This document shows, in pieces, positions 63,384 to 64,000 of a DNA stretch of 64,000 nt. The notes under the pieces are model-generated. The model ran no database searches, was not told the DNA's origin, and saw only the letters and a list, made by a program, of their open reading frames with translations. The DNA lies in contig CAVUKL010000048.1 in the NCBI GenBank assembly GCA_963742015.1, forward strand, positions 24,971 through 88,970, given 5' to 3'. A program made the translations under genes and the position numbers. This DNA comes from an uncultured Acidobacteriaceae bacterium (lineage in GTDB: Bacteria > Acidobacteriota > Terriglobia > Terriglobales > Acidobacteriaceae). The first letter of the stretch is position 1, and each line of letters opens with the position of its first letter.

Positions 63384-64000
63384 TGCTCGCCTGGACGATC
63401 TACCTGTCATTCCTCGGTGCGCTCACCACGCTGCTGATCGGAAACAAGCGGCCGCAAGCAGCGCGAATCATCGCGCTGCTCACCGCGCTCGCCGGACTCG
63501 CAATCGCAATTTCGGCGGTGGTGCAGTATCGCCCGGGTGAAGTCCTCACCGTGGCCCGCCTGCCGTGGATTCCCCAACTCGGCATCGAATACCACCTCGC
63601 CGCCGACGGAATCAGCCTCGTTCTCGTGTTGCTGACCAGTATCGCGGCCACGGCCGGCATTCTTTTCTCCTGGAATATCGATCGCCGCACCGGAGAATTC
63701 TTCGCGTTCTACTTGGCGTTAATCGGCGGCGTCTACGGCGTCTTCCTCAGCTTCGATCTGCTGTTGCTCTTTATCTTTTACGAAATCGCCATCATCCCCA
63801 AATACTTCCTTATCGCGATTTGGGGATCGACCCCGCGCTCCGCCCAGCCCGGCCACGCTAGCGCCGTGCGCGAATATGCCGCAATGAAGCTGGCGCTCTA
63901 TTCCTTCGCCGGAAGCGGCCTGGTGCTCGCCGGAATCATCGCCGCCTGGGTGGTCGGCGGCCAGACGATGAACTTGCAGCTTCTGGCGCACACTTCCTTT
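63383..64000 (+). CDS. nuoM: Complex I subunit M (copy 2), truncated by the window edge
   Basis: Hand-translated from ATG 63383 (TGATG overlap): PWIPQLGIEYHLAADGIS, FYEIAIIPKYFLIAIWG and YAAMK, which are NuoM-type rather than NuoN. Confidence 0.85.
   Translation, partial: MLAWTIYLSFLGALTTLLIGNKRPQAARIIALLTALAGLAIAISAVVQYRPGEVLTVARLPWIPQLGIEYHLAADGISLVLVLLTSIAATAGILFSWNIDRRTGEFFAFYLALIGGVYGVFLSFDLLLLFIFYEIAIIPKYFLIAIWGSTPRSAQPGHASAVREYAAMKLALYSFAGSGLVLAGIIAAWVVGGQTMNLQLLAHTSF

Overview
A GC-rich bacterial chromosomal window. Gene content (HpnI, tandem MacB-like permeases, group 1h hydrogenase, BamA/Skp/LepA style) suggests Acidobacteriota; this is inference. 1-16 kb holds a group 1h (Hhy, high-affinity, atmospheric-H2 type) [NiFe]-hydrogenase locus: hypE-D-C, a cytoplasmic YceI protein, accessory genes and hhyL-hhyS. 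Directly upstream lie a second, orphan hhyS paralog co-transcribed with a soluble PAS-PAS histidine kinase and a NarL-type regulator, then an unannotated 33-aa membrane peptide, nikR and a NiCoT nickel permease. 16-53 kb is mostly housekeeping and carbohydrate genes: GH3, hpnI, three ABC permeases, rnpB, a PIN toxin-antitoxin pair, mutS2, xylB, frr, bamA, skp, lepA, mltD and an H1-like protein. 54-64 kb is a complex I operon (nuoABCDIHJKLMM..., no nuoEFG in the visible part) with two NuoM genes and an extended NuoL helix. The best candidate for a new system is a putative H2/redox-sensing module (HhyS2 + kinase + regulator + palindromic site before hhySL), together with a possible quinone-shuttle/membrane-anchor module (YceI + two PDxxRY peptides). 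Also notable: twin class-II CRP/FNR-like promoters in the nuo operon and a DnaA-box/IHF cluster between skp and lepA. Eight genes carry frameshifts, almost all single-base insertions, which look like sequencing errors rather than pseudogenes.
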